From assembly GCA_002269645.1 (NCBI GenBank), contig NIVC01002376.1, positions 62,001 through 126,000 of the forward strand: DNA of 64,000 nt. The letters run 5' to 3'. The translations under genes were made by a program, and so were the position numbers. This stretch comes from Macrostomum lignano (Eukaryota). The stretch's first letter is position 1; every line of letters starts with the position of its first letter. A model generated the notes under the pieces. That model searched no databases and was not told the origin of the DNA. It was given only the letters and a program-made list of their open reading frames with translations. This document shows positions 14,901-27,557 of this stretch, piece after piece.

Positions 14901-17900
14901 CACTCGGAACCGCAATAACAAGAAACCACACAACACAAGTTAGTCAGTTAGTCAGAGCAGATGACAAAAAGGGCCCCGTGTTTTCAAACTTTTCAAAGGG
15001 GACTTCTGGGAGCCTGTATTTTACAATGTTGTTTTTTTAGCAGAGACTGGAGTGGGGGGATCTCGCGAGTTCATCAAGAAATGAAATATCTCGGTAAACG
15101 AAGCAAAGCTTATTTATCTCGTCTTTATAAAATATTCCGCATTTAACAATGCCAAGCAATAAAAGCCGCCTAACACTCCTTCAATCCGGAGCTGAAAAAA
15201 TATTAACCGAAAAACTTGCGCATTGTTTGAGGAGTCTCTCTGCCTTAAAACCCTTAGTTGCTAAGGTCCAGAAAAATGATAGAATAGAAGATTGGGGTCG
15301 TTAAGAAGAAGCGGCACGCGAAACCGCCAGGTGCCCCCCTAGGACCCCCCCCCCGCTGGCCTGTCAAAACGGAAAATTTCCAGTGACTGACTGGGACGGG
15401 GGGAGAGCGAGTGGCTGCCTCAGCAGCTGCCGCCACGAACCCCCCTCTCCTCCCCCAGACCCATTCAGACCGAGCTCCAGTTGCTGAGCATGACTCACGA
15501 TTCACCGCCCGAGCAGCCTGGCACTCAAGCGAGCACAAAGAGTCATAACAGAACGGCGGCACAGAGCGGCAGGAGGGAGATGAAATGCTGATGAAATTTA
15601 TATTCGCTGAACAATGGCCGCTCCTATACCTCAAAGACCAATATAACAATAATTTTTATGCGCAGAAAATATAAAATGGGGGAACTCGATGAGCATGACT
15701 CACTCAGCATCTTGCACTCGCTAGCCAAGAATAATTATCTTTCTATTCGAGTGTCATTCTCTACCCTGCGCTTGGCTGACAGATATTTATGGCTGGCAAC
15801 ATCTTTGTAGTTTTATATTTCCACAACAAAAATGACGCGTGGGTCACGTGGCTTCTTTCTAAAGGAAATAAAAATAATACGCAGGATTAAAAAATAGCTG
15901 TTTGCTACCTACAATTAATTTATATTGCCTGTTACTATCAAACTACTAGATATCGAACTGATTAGCGAACCAATTTTTTAAATAAACGCGCAAATTAAGA
16001 TGTTATCTTAAAATATTGAAATACCCTCCCAGATCCTCAGTTGCTGGGCCACCAGTCTCCGACTCCCAGATCCCAAGTTGTTGGGCCAGCCTCCCATGCA
16101 GATCCTCAGTTGCTGGGCCAGCCTCCCAGATCCTCAGTTGCTGGGCCACCAGCCTCCCAGATCCTCTGTTGTTGGGCCAGCCTCCCAGATCCTCATCATC
16201 ATGCTGGAATCCTTGACTCAAGCTCCGTCTCTCACACGCCCCCCGCAGGTGCACAGTGTGCAGCGATCAGAAGCACCGCGGAGGCTGGTACGGAGCGGAC
16301 AAGCGCGACACGAACTCGTCCAAGAACATCCCGGAGGCGCTGCAGGCGTACTGGCCGGCGGACAGCCGCAGCCCCACGCTGCACAAGAACAGCCTTGTGA
16401 TCGTGCGTCACGACTCGGTGGAGTACCACACGGACAGCCGCGACCGAGTCTACGCCGTGCTGCCCATCAACAATCGGCAAAGCAGCGGGCCCATCGAGCT
16501 GATGCTCTATTACACCTGTATGACAACGCACAGCCACGACGCCACGGCGCCAAACTCCAAGGACACGTTCACCTCGGTGCAGCTGGAGACTCTGGACAGC
16601 CTCACCGGCCGCTGGTTCAGCCAAGGCCGCTGCGTCTTCCGCATGCGCATGGTCACCTCGCCGGAGCGGGACATTCTAAACGAGGTCACGCAGTTTCTGA
16701 CGCCGGCGCAGATGGGCTGCCGGATGGGCTGCGGCCACCTGGAGTCGCACAACACTCGCTGGCAGAGGGCCAAGGTGCTGCGCACACAGGGTCAGGAGAA
16801 GTTCGACTACTATGTGCAGCTGTACGGCTCTGAGCCGGGCGTCAAGTGCAGCAAGGCCAAGGCCAAGAGCAGACAGGCAACCGTGAGTTTCAGATTAGTC
16901 CCGATTAGATTCCTTGATCCCCAGTGCTGGCACAGACCAGAGATTTGAGATCCGACTTAACTATTTTTGTAGGCTAACTAGAATCCCAATAAACTCCCTA
17001 TAGAATCCCAATAATCTCCCCATTGATAACATCGAAAACTCAAATAGCAGCCACTTTCATAAGATCGAAATTTCACAATATAAAAACTGAGAATTTAGCA
17101 GCCTTAAGTATGACAAGGTCAAAATTTCACAATGTAGAAAACTAAAGTTTTCATTGTGTCAATGTTTATATTATTTATTTTTGTTTTAATAACTATTTGA
17201 GTTTTCGATGTTGTGAAATTTGGACCTTGTGCAATAATTTGCTTTAAGACGGTGTAAAATTTCGACCTTGTGAAAGCACCCCCATAGAAACCCAACAAAA
17301 ATCCCGATAGAAACCCAACAAAAATCCCGATAGAAACTCAACAAAAATCCCGATAGAAACCCAACAAAAATCCCGATAGAAACTCAACAAAAATCCCGAT
17401 AGAAACCCAACAAAAATCCCGGTAGAAACCCAACAAAAATCCCGATAGAAACCCAACAAAAATCCCGATAGAAACCCAACAAAAATCCCGGTAGAAACCC
17501 AACAAAAATCCCGATAGAAACCCAACAAAAATCCCGATAGAAACCCAACAAAAATCCCGATAGAAACCCAACAAAAATCCCGATAGAAACCCAACAAAAA
17601 TCCCGATAGAAACCCAACAAAAATCCCGATAGAAACCCAACAAAAATCCCGATAGAAACCCAACAAAAATCCCGATAGAAACCCAGCAAAAATCCCGGTA
17701 GAAACCCAACAAAAATCCCGATAGAAACCCAACAAAAATCCCGATAGAACCCCAACAAAAATCCCGATAGAACCCCAACAAAAATCCCGATAGAAACCCA
17801 ACAAAAATCCCGATAGAAACCCAGACAAAAGCCTCGAAAAATCGCAACAAAGACTAAGATCTACTCAAAGACAACTAAGGCAACTCAAAACTCTATTAAT

Positions 17901-18352
17901 CCTGAATTCCTCCTAAGGGCTCCAACGCCGATCCAAGTGACGAGCTCGAGCTGCTAGACGGCGGAGCGGCGTCGGCAGTGCAGACCCTGCCGTCCGCATC
18001 AACCGACAGCCTCAGTCAGCTGGAGGTCCTTGAGCAAGCAGCGGACGGCAGCCTTATTATACGCGGCGCCCTGCTCAGCAACCAAGACAGTCGCGAGCTG
18101 ATCGCCAGCGCTCTGAGAGCCTACCTAGCCAGCCTGCCGCTCATTGTCAAAGGCGTCGCCACTGCCGCGGCCGCTGCCACAAACAAGCTGGCCAACTCTG
18201 CTGCCACGAAGCAAGAACCCGGGCAGCAACAGCAGCAGCAACAGCAGGTCATGCCGCGCGAGAATTCGCCTGCGGACTCTCTGCACAGCAGCGCCCACTG
18301 CCCATCTGTGGCATCGAGCACCGGGGAGCACAACAATGCCACCTCTGTCTAG
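10032..18352 (+). CDS. Highly divergent p53-family transcription factor (spliced)
   Basis: Exons 10032-10315, 11245-11865, 16249-16882 and 17918-18352 join in phase (AA|C, GA|G, phase 0). The DNA-binding domain aligns by eye to p53: YAIGFHS~FRLGFLHS; LWCKELAPVRL~MFCQLAKTCPVQL; VEYHTDSRDRVYAVLP~VEYLDDRNTFRHSVVVP; YYTCMTTH~YNYMCNSSC; LETLDSLTGRWFSQGRCVFRMRMVTSPERD~[25 protein letters not shown]. Confidence 0.8.
10320..11146. repeat. Intronic 21-bp G-rich minisatellite (ctcagggggcggattgggtgt)n
   Basis: Begins immediately after the gtgagt donor at 10316. Confidence 0.96.
11898..12000. repeat. (TATC)n microsatellite
   Basis: Direct inspection. Confidence 0.97.
13600..14280. repeat. 24-bp minisatellite (ctctctgactctcacttcatatcg / ggcgcc variant), decaying at the 3' end
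   Basis: Direct inspection. Confidence 0.95.
16022..16200. repeat. Short degenerate tandem repeat (cccagatcctcagttgctgggccagcct) upstream of the exon 3 acceptor
   Basis: About 6 imperfect units. Confidence 0.85.
17280..17825. repeat. Intronic 23-bp minisatellite (cccgatagaaacccaacaaaaat)n
   Basis: Direct inspection. Confidence 0.97.
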
Positions 18353-18424
18353 TGAGTGCAATTGCCGCAGAGATGCGTACTACGATACATATCGGCTGAT
18401 GCTTAAAAGAGAATCGCCCTTCGT

Positions 18425-19540
18425 CAGCAACCCGAATCTACTATGAAATCTGCTCCCCCTAGCAACCCGAATCTGCTTTGAAATCTGCTCTCCTAGCAAC
18501 CCGAATCTGCTTTAAAATCTGCTCTCCTAGCAACCCGAATCTACTTTGAAATCTGCTCTCATAGCAACCCGAATTTGCTTTGAAATCTGCTCTCATAGCA
18601 ACCCGAATCTGCTTTGAAATCTGCTCTCCTAGCAACCCGAATCTGCTTTAAAATCTGCTCTCATAGCAACCCGAATCTGCTTTGAAATCTGCTCTCATAG
18701 CAACCCGAATCTGCTTTGAAATCTGCTCTCCCTAGCAACCCGAATCTGCTTTAAAATCTGCTCTCATAGCAACCCGAATCTGCTTTGAAATCTGCTCTCC
18801 TAGCAACCCGAATCTGCTTTGAAATCTGCTCTCATAGCAACCCGAATCTGCTTTGAAATCTGCTCTCCTAGCAACCCGAATCCGCTTTGAGATCTTCGCT
18901 TCCTTAGCAACCCGAATCTGCTTTGAAATCTGCTCTCCTAGCAACCCGAATCTGCTTTGAAATCTGCTCTCCTAGCAACCCGAATCTGCTTTAAAATCTG
19001 CTCTCCTAGCAACCCGAATCTGCTTTGAAATCTGCTCTCCTAGCAACCCGAATCTGCTTTAAAATCTGCTCTCATAGCAACCCGAATCTGCTTTGAAATC
19101 TGCTCTCATAGCAACCCGAATCTGCTTTGAAATCTGCTCTCCCTAGCAACCCGAATCTGCTTTAAAATCTGCTCTCATAGCAACCCGAATCTGCTTTGAA
19201 ATCTGCTCTCCTAGCAACCCGAATCTGCTTTGAAATCTGCTCTCATAGCAACCCGAATCTGCTTTGAAATCTGCTCTCCTAGCAACCCGAATCCGCTTTG
19301 AGATCTTCGCTTCCTTAGCAACCCGAATCTGCTTTGAAATCTGCTCTCCTAGCAACCCGAATCTGCTTTGAAATCTGCTCTCCTAGCAACCCGAATCTGC
19401 TTTGAAATCTGCTCTCCTAGCAACCCAAATCTGCTTTGAAATCTGCTCCCCTAGCAACCCAAATCTGCTTTGAAATCTGCTCCCCTAGCAACCCGAATCT
19501 ACTTGGAAATCTGCTTGCTTAGCAACCGGAATCTAGCAGA
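18425..19540. repeat. 34-bp minisatellite (agcaacccgaatctgctttgaaatctgctctcct)n with an internal ~410-bp duplication
   Basis: Identical ORFs at 18732 and 19143 show the higher-order duplication. Confidence 0.96.
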
Positions 19541-19602
19541 AAAGCTGCTGCCCTATACCAAACAAATATACTAGAGAATCTCCAGTCTTAAACTAAGCCA
19601 AC

Positions 19603-20397
19603 ATGTCACCCTCCCACAGTCACATGCCGGACATGTCGGGTTCCATTGCCGTTACTACAAAAACATCATCAACTGAGATACTGGAGGCTGGTGGCCAGGC
19701 GCTCATGCAGCAGCAGCAGCAGCAGGAGCAGCAGTACCTCACCCAGCTGAGCCATCAACAACAGCAACAGCAGCAGCCCCCAGCGCCAGCCAGTGTGCAA
19801 TACTTCAGTCTTCAAGGCTCCACCGCTAGCACAGCCATGTCAAGTGCTGTCGCTCCCGCGGCGCCCATGTACTTCATCAATCCGCAGCAGATGGCGGCGG
19901 CCGCTGCTGCCGTAGCCGCGGCTTCCAGTAGCAGCAATCACTGCAACAGCAATGGAAGCCTGAGCAGCGCCTGCGGACCCACCCTGCTGCCGCCCTTGCA
20001 GCACATTGCCAATGGCATTGTCACTCAGCCGTACCAGCAGCAGCAGCAGCAGCAATACCAGCAATATCAAAGCCACCCAACCACTCTAATGATGCAGCAC
20101 CAGCAGCAACAACCTCCGCAGCATCCGCATCAACAAATAATTCTGAGCACCGGCTTCGGACAAGATCAAGTAGACGGAGCGATGCATACTGATGATGATA
20201 ATGACAGGGCTGAAGATGAGGAGCAGAGTCTGCAAGAGCAGCCACAGCAGCACTATCAGCAGCAGCAGCCTGACGCCGCTCTCACCCGCAGGTCGGGCAG
20301 CAGCCTGTTCCGTCGACTGGCCGCCGTTAAGCGTCGCCGACTTCACGGCAGCGCCGGCAGCCTCGGTAAGCTGTTTAAAGCTAAGCAGAACAAGTGA
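19603..20397 (+). CDS. Glutamine/alanine-rich low-complexity coding exon; possibly the C-terminal exon of the p53-like gene or a separate gene
   Basis: 264-aa GC-rich ORF with poly-Q tracts and a basic end (RRLAAVKRRRL). Splice phase to exon 4 was not reconciled. Confidence 0.55.
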   Translation: MSPSHSHMPDMSGSIAVTTKTSSTEILEAGGQALMQQQQQQEQQYLTQLSHQQQQQQQPPAPASVQYFSLQGSTASTAMSSAVAPAAPMYFINPQQMAAAAAAVAAASSSSNHCNSNGSLSSACGPTLLPPLQHIANGIVTQPYQQQQQQQYQQYQSHPTTLMMQHQQQQPPQHPHQQIILSTGFGQDQVDGAMHTDDDNDRAEDEEQSLQEQPQQHYQQQQPDAALTRRSGSSLFRRLAAVKRRRLHGSAGSLGKLFKAKQNK

Positions 20398-21141
20398 CAT
20401 TTTTGGTTAAAAAAAACTATGTGCAAACTATGCTACTGAAAAACTGACTGAACAGTAGGCTACATGAGAATATTGATGTCTGATTTTGAAAATATGTAAA
20501 AAAACCCTGAAAACTGTTAATTTGTTACCCTCGCAATGCTCGATCTTGATGGTTCAATTTCTCAACCTAAACTTGACGTGGATGTACACAAACAAAAATA
20601 CTAACAGTGTATTTGTACAAATAATTTCTTTTCAAACGAAAGTCTCTCAAAGTATTGCTCAAAGTGCAGTCGTGTTTCTAATCAACATTTAGTTTCTATT
20701 CTCTACTAATTTTAGAAAGCTTTTTTATCTGTTAAAAATTTTTGTTTGCAATTCATTTTCTGTAAATAACTTGTTCGAAGCTTTTTCTAATCTTTCTTTG
20801 TTTACGTAGTGCCACGCAATCTCATATGGTAGTGCACCACTTGCCCCTTGTTAGCACTTTTTGCACTATTCAATAAGTCTGTCTATGCAAAATAGACTAT
20901 ATATTACCAACTTGTCAGCAATAGTAACTAATGACAGATTAAAGTAAAAAATCTTGCGCTCATTAGAAGACAAACAGCTCTAAAATATGTTTTTTCCTTT
21001 GTTCACCCAATGCTACAATTGAACTTTGATGACAAATAAAAGCTTTCACCGTGTCAACTCAGCTGATGATGAAAGCCAATTAATTCGCTGAAATTTCCCC
21101 AAGCTTTCGTTCTTTGATTGCTCTGAAGTGAAATCCCGGAC

Positions 21142-24100
21142 TCTCATGACTCACTCAGGAATGAGATTCTGAACCCTCATAACTCAGGAATGAGATTCTG
21201 AACCCTCATAACTCAGGAATGAGATTCTGAACCCTCATGACTCACTCAGGAATGAGATTCTGAACCCTCATGACTCACTGAGGAATGAGATTTTGAACCC
21301 TCATGACTCACTCAGAAATGAGATTCTGAACCCTCATGACTCAGGAATGAGATTCTGAACCCTCATGACTCACTCAGGAATGAGATTCTGAACCCTCATG
21401 ACTCACTCAGGAATGAGATTCTGAACCCTCATGACTCACTCAGGAATGAGATTTTGAACCCTCATGACTCACTCAGGAATGAGATTCTGAATCCTCATGA
21501 CTCACTCAGGAATGAGATTCTAAACCCTCATGACTCAGGAATGAGATTCTGAACCCTCATGACTCACTCAGGAATGAGATTCTGAACCCTCATGACTCAG
21601 GAATGAGATTCTGAACCCTCAAAACTCACTCAGGAATGAGATTCTGAACCCTCAAAACTCACTCAGGAATGAGATTCTGAACCCTCAAAACTCACCCAGG
21701 AATGAGATTCTGAACCCTCATGACTCACTCAGGAATGAGATTCTGAACCCTCATGACTCACTCAGGAATGAGATTCTGAACCCTCATGACTCAGGAATGA
21801 GATTCTGAACCCTCATGACTCAGGAATGAGAGTCTGAACCCTCATAACTCAGGAATGAGATTATGAACCCTCATGACTCACTCAGGAATGAGATTCTGAA
21901 CCCTCATGACTCACTCAGGAATGAGATTCTGAACCCTCATGACTCAGGAATGAGATTCTGAACCCTCATGACTCACTCAGGAATGAGATTCTGAACCCTC
22001 ATGACTCAGGAATGAGATTCTGAACCCTCATGACTCACTCAGGAATGAGATTCTGAACCCTCATGACTCAGGAATGAGATTCTGAACCCTCATGACTCAG
22101 GAATGAGATTCTGAACCCTCATAACTCAGGAATGAGATTCTGAACCCTCATGACTCAGGAATGAGATTCTGAACCCTCATGACTCAGGAATGAGATTCTG
22201 AACCCTCATGACTCAGGAATGAGATTCTGAACACTCATGACTCAGGAATGAGATTCTGAACCCTCATAACTCAGGAATGAGATTCTGAACCCTCATGACT
22301 CAGGAATGAGATTCTGAACCCTCATAACTCACTCAGGAATGAGATTCTGAACCCTCATGACTCACTCAGGAATGAGATTCTGAACCCTCATGACTCACTC
22401 AGGAATGAGATTCTGAATCCTCATGACTCACTCAGGAATGAGATTTTGAACCCTCATGACTCACTCAGGAATGAGATTCTGAACCCTCATGACTCACTCA
22501 GGAATGAGATTCTGAACCCTCATGACTCACTCAGGAATGAGATTCTGAACCCTCATGACTCACTCAGGAATGAGATTTTGAACCCTCATGACTCACTCAG
22601 GAATGAGATTCTGAATCCTCATGACTCACTCAGGAATGAGATTCTAAACCCTCATGACTCAGGAATGAGATTCTGAACCCTCATGACTCACTCAGGAATG
22701 AGATTCTGAACCCTCATGACTCAGGAATGAGATTCTGAACCCTCAAAACTCACTCAGGAATGAGATTCTGAACCCTCAAAACTCACTCAGGAATGAGATT
22801 CTGAACCCTCAAAACTCACCCAGGAATGAGATTCTGAACCCTCATGACTCACTCAGGAATGAGATTCTGAACCCTCATGACTCACTCAGGAATGAGATTC
22901 TGAACCCTCATGACTCAGGAATGAGATTCTGAACCCTCATGACTCAGGAATGAGAGTCTGAACCCTCATAACTCAGGAATGAGATTTTGAACCCTCATGA
23001 CTCACTCAGGAATGAGATTCTGAACCCTCATGACTCACTCAGGAATGAGATTCTGAACCCTCATGACTCAGGAATGAGATTCTGAACCCTCATGACTCAC
23101 TCAGGAATGAGATTCTGAACCCTCATGACTCAGGAATGAGATTCTGAACCCTTATGACTCACTCAGGAATGAGATTCTGAACCCTCATGACTCAGGAATG
23201 AGATTCTGAACCCTCATGACTCAGGAATGAGATTCTGAACCCTCATAACTCAGGAATGAGATTCTGAACCCTCATGACTCAGGAATGAGATTCTGAACCC
23301 TCATGACTCAGGAATGAGATTCTGAACCCTCATGACTCAGGAATGAGATTCTGAACACTCATGACTCAGGAATGAGATTCTGAACCCTCATAACTCAGGA
23401 ATGAGATTCTGAACCCTCATGACTCAGGAATGAGATTCTGAACCCTCATAACTCACTCAGGAATGAGATTCTGAACCCTCATGACTCACTCAGGAATGAG
23501 ATTCTGAACCCTCATGACTCACTCAGGAATGAGATTCTGAATCCTCATGACTCACTCAGGAATGAGATTTTGAACCCTCATGACTCACTCAGGAATGAGA
23601 TTCTGAATCCTCATGACTCACTCAGGAATGAGATTCTAAACCCTCATGACTCAGGAATGAGATTCTGAACCCTCATGACTCACTCAGGAATGAGATTCTG
23701 AACCCTCATGACTCAGGAATGAGATTCTGAACCCTCAAAACTCACTCAGGAATGAGATTCTGAACCCTCAAAACTCACTCAGGAATGAGATTCTGAACCC
23801 TCAAAACTCACCCAGGAATGAGATTCTGAACCCTCATGACTCACTCAGGAATGAGATTCTGAACCCTCATGACTCACTCAGGAATGAGATTCTGAACCCT
23901 CATGACTCAGGAATGAGATTCTGAACCCTCATGACTCAGGAATGAGAGTCTGAACCCTCATAACTCAGGAATGAGATTATGAACCCTCATGACTCACTCA
24001 GGAATGAGATTCTGAACCCTCATGACTCACTCAGGAATGAGATTCTGAACCCTCATGACTCAGGAATGAGATTCTGAACCCTCATGACTCACTCAGGAAT

Positions 24101-26545
24101 GAGATTCTGAACCCTCATAACTCAGGAATGAGATTCTGAACCCTCATGACTCAGGAATGAGATTCTGAACCCTCATGACTCAGGAATGAGATTCTGAACC
24201 CTCATGACTCAGGAATGAGATTCTGAACACTCATGACTCAGGAATGAGATTCTGAACCCTCATAACTCAGGAATGAGATTCTGAACCCTCATGACTCAGG
24301 AATGAGATTCTGAACCCTCATAACTCACTCAGGAATGAGATTCTGAACCCTCATGACTCACTCAGGAATGAGATTCTGAACCCTCATGACTCACTCAGGA
24401 ATGAGATTCTGAATCCTCATGACTCACTCAGGAATGAGATTTTGAACCCTCATGACTCACTCAGGAATGAGATTCTGAATCCTCATGACTCACTCAGGAA
24501 TGAGATTCTAAACCCTCATGACTCAGGAATGAGATTCTGAACCCTCATGACTCACTCAGGAATGAGATTCTGAACCCTCATGACTCAGGAATGAGATTCT
24601 GAACCCTCATGACTCAGGAATGAGATTCTGAACCCTCATGACTCACTCAGGAATGAGATTCTGAACCCTCATGACTCAGGAATGAGATTCTGAACCCTCA
24701 TGACTCAGGAATGAGATTCTGAACCCTCATAACTCAGGAATGAGATTCTGAACCCTCATGACTCAGGAATGAGATTCTGAACCCTCATGACTCAGGAATG
24801 AGATTCTGAACCCTCATGACTCAGGAATGAGATTCTGAACACTCATGACTCAGGAATGAGATTCTGAACCCTCATAACTCAGGAATGAGATTCTGAACCC
24901 TCATGACTCAGGAATGAGATTCTGAACCCTCATAACTCACTCAGGAATGAGATTCTGAACCCTCATGACTCACTCAGGAATGAGATTCTGAACCCTCATG
25001 ACTCACTCAGGAATGAGATTCTGAATCCTCATGACTCACTCAGGAATGAGATTTTGAACCCTCATGACTCACTCAGGAATGAGATTCTGAACCCTCATGA
25101 CTCACTCAGGAATGAGATTCTGAACCCTCATGACTCACTCAGGAATGAGATTTTGAACCCTCATGACTCACTCAGGAATGAGATTCTGAATCCTCATGAC
25201 TCACTCAGGAATGAGATTCTAAACCCTCATGACTCAGGAATGAGATTCTGAACCCTCATGACTCACTCAGGAATGAGATTCTGAACCCTCATGACTCAGG
25301 AATGAGATTCTGAACCCTCAAAACTCACTCAGGAATGAGATTCTGAACCCTCAAAACTCACTCAGGAATGAGATTCTGAACCCTCAAAACTCACCCAGGA
25401 ATGAGATTCTGAACCCTCATGACTCACTCAGGAATGAGATTCTGAACCCTCATGACTCACTCAGGAATGAGATTCTGAACCCTCATGACTCAGGAATGAG
25501 ATTCTGAACCCTCATGACTCAGGAATGAGAGTCTGAACCCTCATAACTCAGGAATGAGATTATGAACCCTCATGACTCACTCAGGAATGAGATTCTGAAC
25601 CCTCATGACTCACTCAGGAATGAGATTCTGAACCCTCATGACTCAGGAATGAGATTCTGAACCCTCATGACTCACTCAGGAATGAGATTCTGAACCCTCA
25701 TAACTCAGGAATGAGATTCTGAACCCTCATGACTCAGGAATGAGATTCTGAACCCTCATGACTCAGGAATGAGATTCTGAACCCTCATGACTCAGGAATG
25801 AGATTCTGAACACTCATGACTCAGGAATGAGATTCTGAACCCTCATAACTCAGGAATGAGATTCTGAACCCTCATGACTCAGGAATGAGATTCTGAACCC
25901 TCATAACTCACTCAGGAATGAGATTCTGAACCCTCATGACTCACTCAGGAATGAGATTCTGAACCCTCATGACTCACTCAGGAATGAGATTCTGAATCCT
26001 CATGACTCACTCAGGAATGAGATTTTGAACCCTCATGACTCACTCAGGAATGAGATTCTGAATCCTCATGACTCACTCAGGAATGAGATTCTGAACCCTC
26101 ATGACTCACTCAGGAATGAGATTCTGAACCCTCATGACTCACTCAGGAATGAGATTCTGAATCCTCATGACTCACTCAGGAATGAGATTTTGAACCCTCA
26201 TGACTCACTCAGGAATGAGATTCTGAATCCTCATGACTCACTCAGGAATGAGATTCTAAACCCTCATGACTCAGGAATGAGATTCTGAACCCTCATGACT
26301 CACTCAGGAATGAGATTCTGAACCCTCATGACTCAGGAATGAGATTCTGAACCCTCATGACTCAGGAATGAGATTCTGAACCCTCAAAACTCACTCAGGA
26401 ATGAGATTCTGAACCCTCAAAACTCACTCAGGAATGAGATTCTGAACCCTCAAAACTCACCCAGGAATGAGATTCTGAACCCTCATGACTCACTCAGGAA
26501 TGAGACTCTAAACCCTCATGACTCAGGAATGAGATTCTGAACACC
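21142..26545. repeat. 5.4-kb satellite, 33/29-bp unit (tcaggaatgagattctgaaccctcatgac[tcac]) with higher-order structure
   Basis: Variant clusters (ccctcaaaactc x3, gagagtctg, aacactcatg) recur near 21620, 22740, 23740, 25320 and 26390. Confidence 0.98.
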
Positions 26546-27024
26546 AAGATCAAGTACTGTGGCCTCTTAATGGAAACAAATCTAAAAAATAAAAATGGAA
26601 ACTGACTAAACTAAAAACAGACTTAATGAATAATCAAAATTATTTGAAAAAATCGATGAATGATTGTGATTATGCTTACGCCAAATTTATTTGATAATGT
26701 AAAAACTTTACTAATTAAAATACTACTGGCTACTACTAATTGTAAGCTTTGCGGACATTGTTAATGAGCAAACTCTTAAATAACACATAACACTGACATT
26801 AGGACAATAATAAATAAATTTTTAAACTATTTTGGCAGCAAGACAAACAATTTAAAAGCAAGGTTATCAAGTACTTCTATAATTAAATGACTGACTGACT
26901 TCAGCTTAGCGAATGGTACACCAAATCGATACAGGAGGTTCTATCGGCTCAACATTCTATTGAACACAGGCCCTATGGACTCAAAACACACATGTGTTCA
27001 TACACACACGCTTTGTTATATTTT

Positions 27025-27514
27025 GAATTTTGTTATAACTTTTGATCTAATGAACGTTTGAACCTGAAATTTTCAACCTAACAATTTTTACACAACTGGG
27101 CAACTAATAGCTTTATTTTAAGCCTTTTATACGCAGCTGTGTAATCCTAAATGAAAGTCCATACCTCAACATTTACAATTACGATTTTTGTCTATGGCAA
27201 AAGTAACCAAGTTTAAATGTGTTCATCAAGTCGAAAATCTGCACCATTGTCAATTTTTTCAGCGATTTCAGCGAGGAATATTCTGTGGCCACATCATTTT
27301 GAGCATTTTTTGCCATAGACAAAAATTGTAATCTTCAATCTCGAGGCGTGGACTTCATTAACGATTACACAGCTGCGCATAGCTATATAAGACTTAAAAT
27401 AAAGCTATTAGTTGTTCATACCTGTCAAATTGTTGGGTAAAGATTTCAGGTTCATAAGTTCAATAAATCGAAAGTTATAACAAATTTTTCCTTACTTTTG
27501 AAACAACCCTCGTA
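27025..27514. mobile_element. Long-TIR MITE with a Tc1/mariner-like right end
   Basis: About 170-bp imperfect inverted arms (gttataactt...tgtctatggcaaaa vs ttttgccatagaca...aagttataac). The right end acttttgaaacaaccctcgta reads tacgagggttgtttcaaaagt on the minus strand. The left terminus is not clear. Confidence 0.65.
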
Positions 27515-27557
27515 AAAAGAGGAGAGCCTTGAAAAGTATTATTTCTAAGAAATGATT

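Noticed and set aside
7735-26545. Regular short repeats resembling CRISPR arrays
   Set aside because: Units are contiguous with no unique spacers and there are no cas genes; these are eukaryotic minisatellites.
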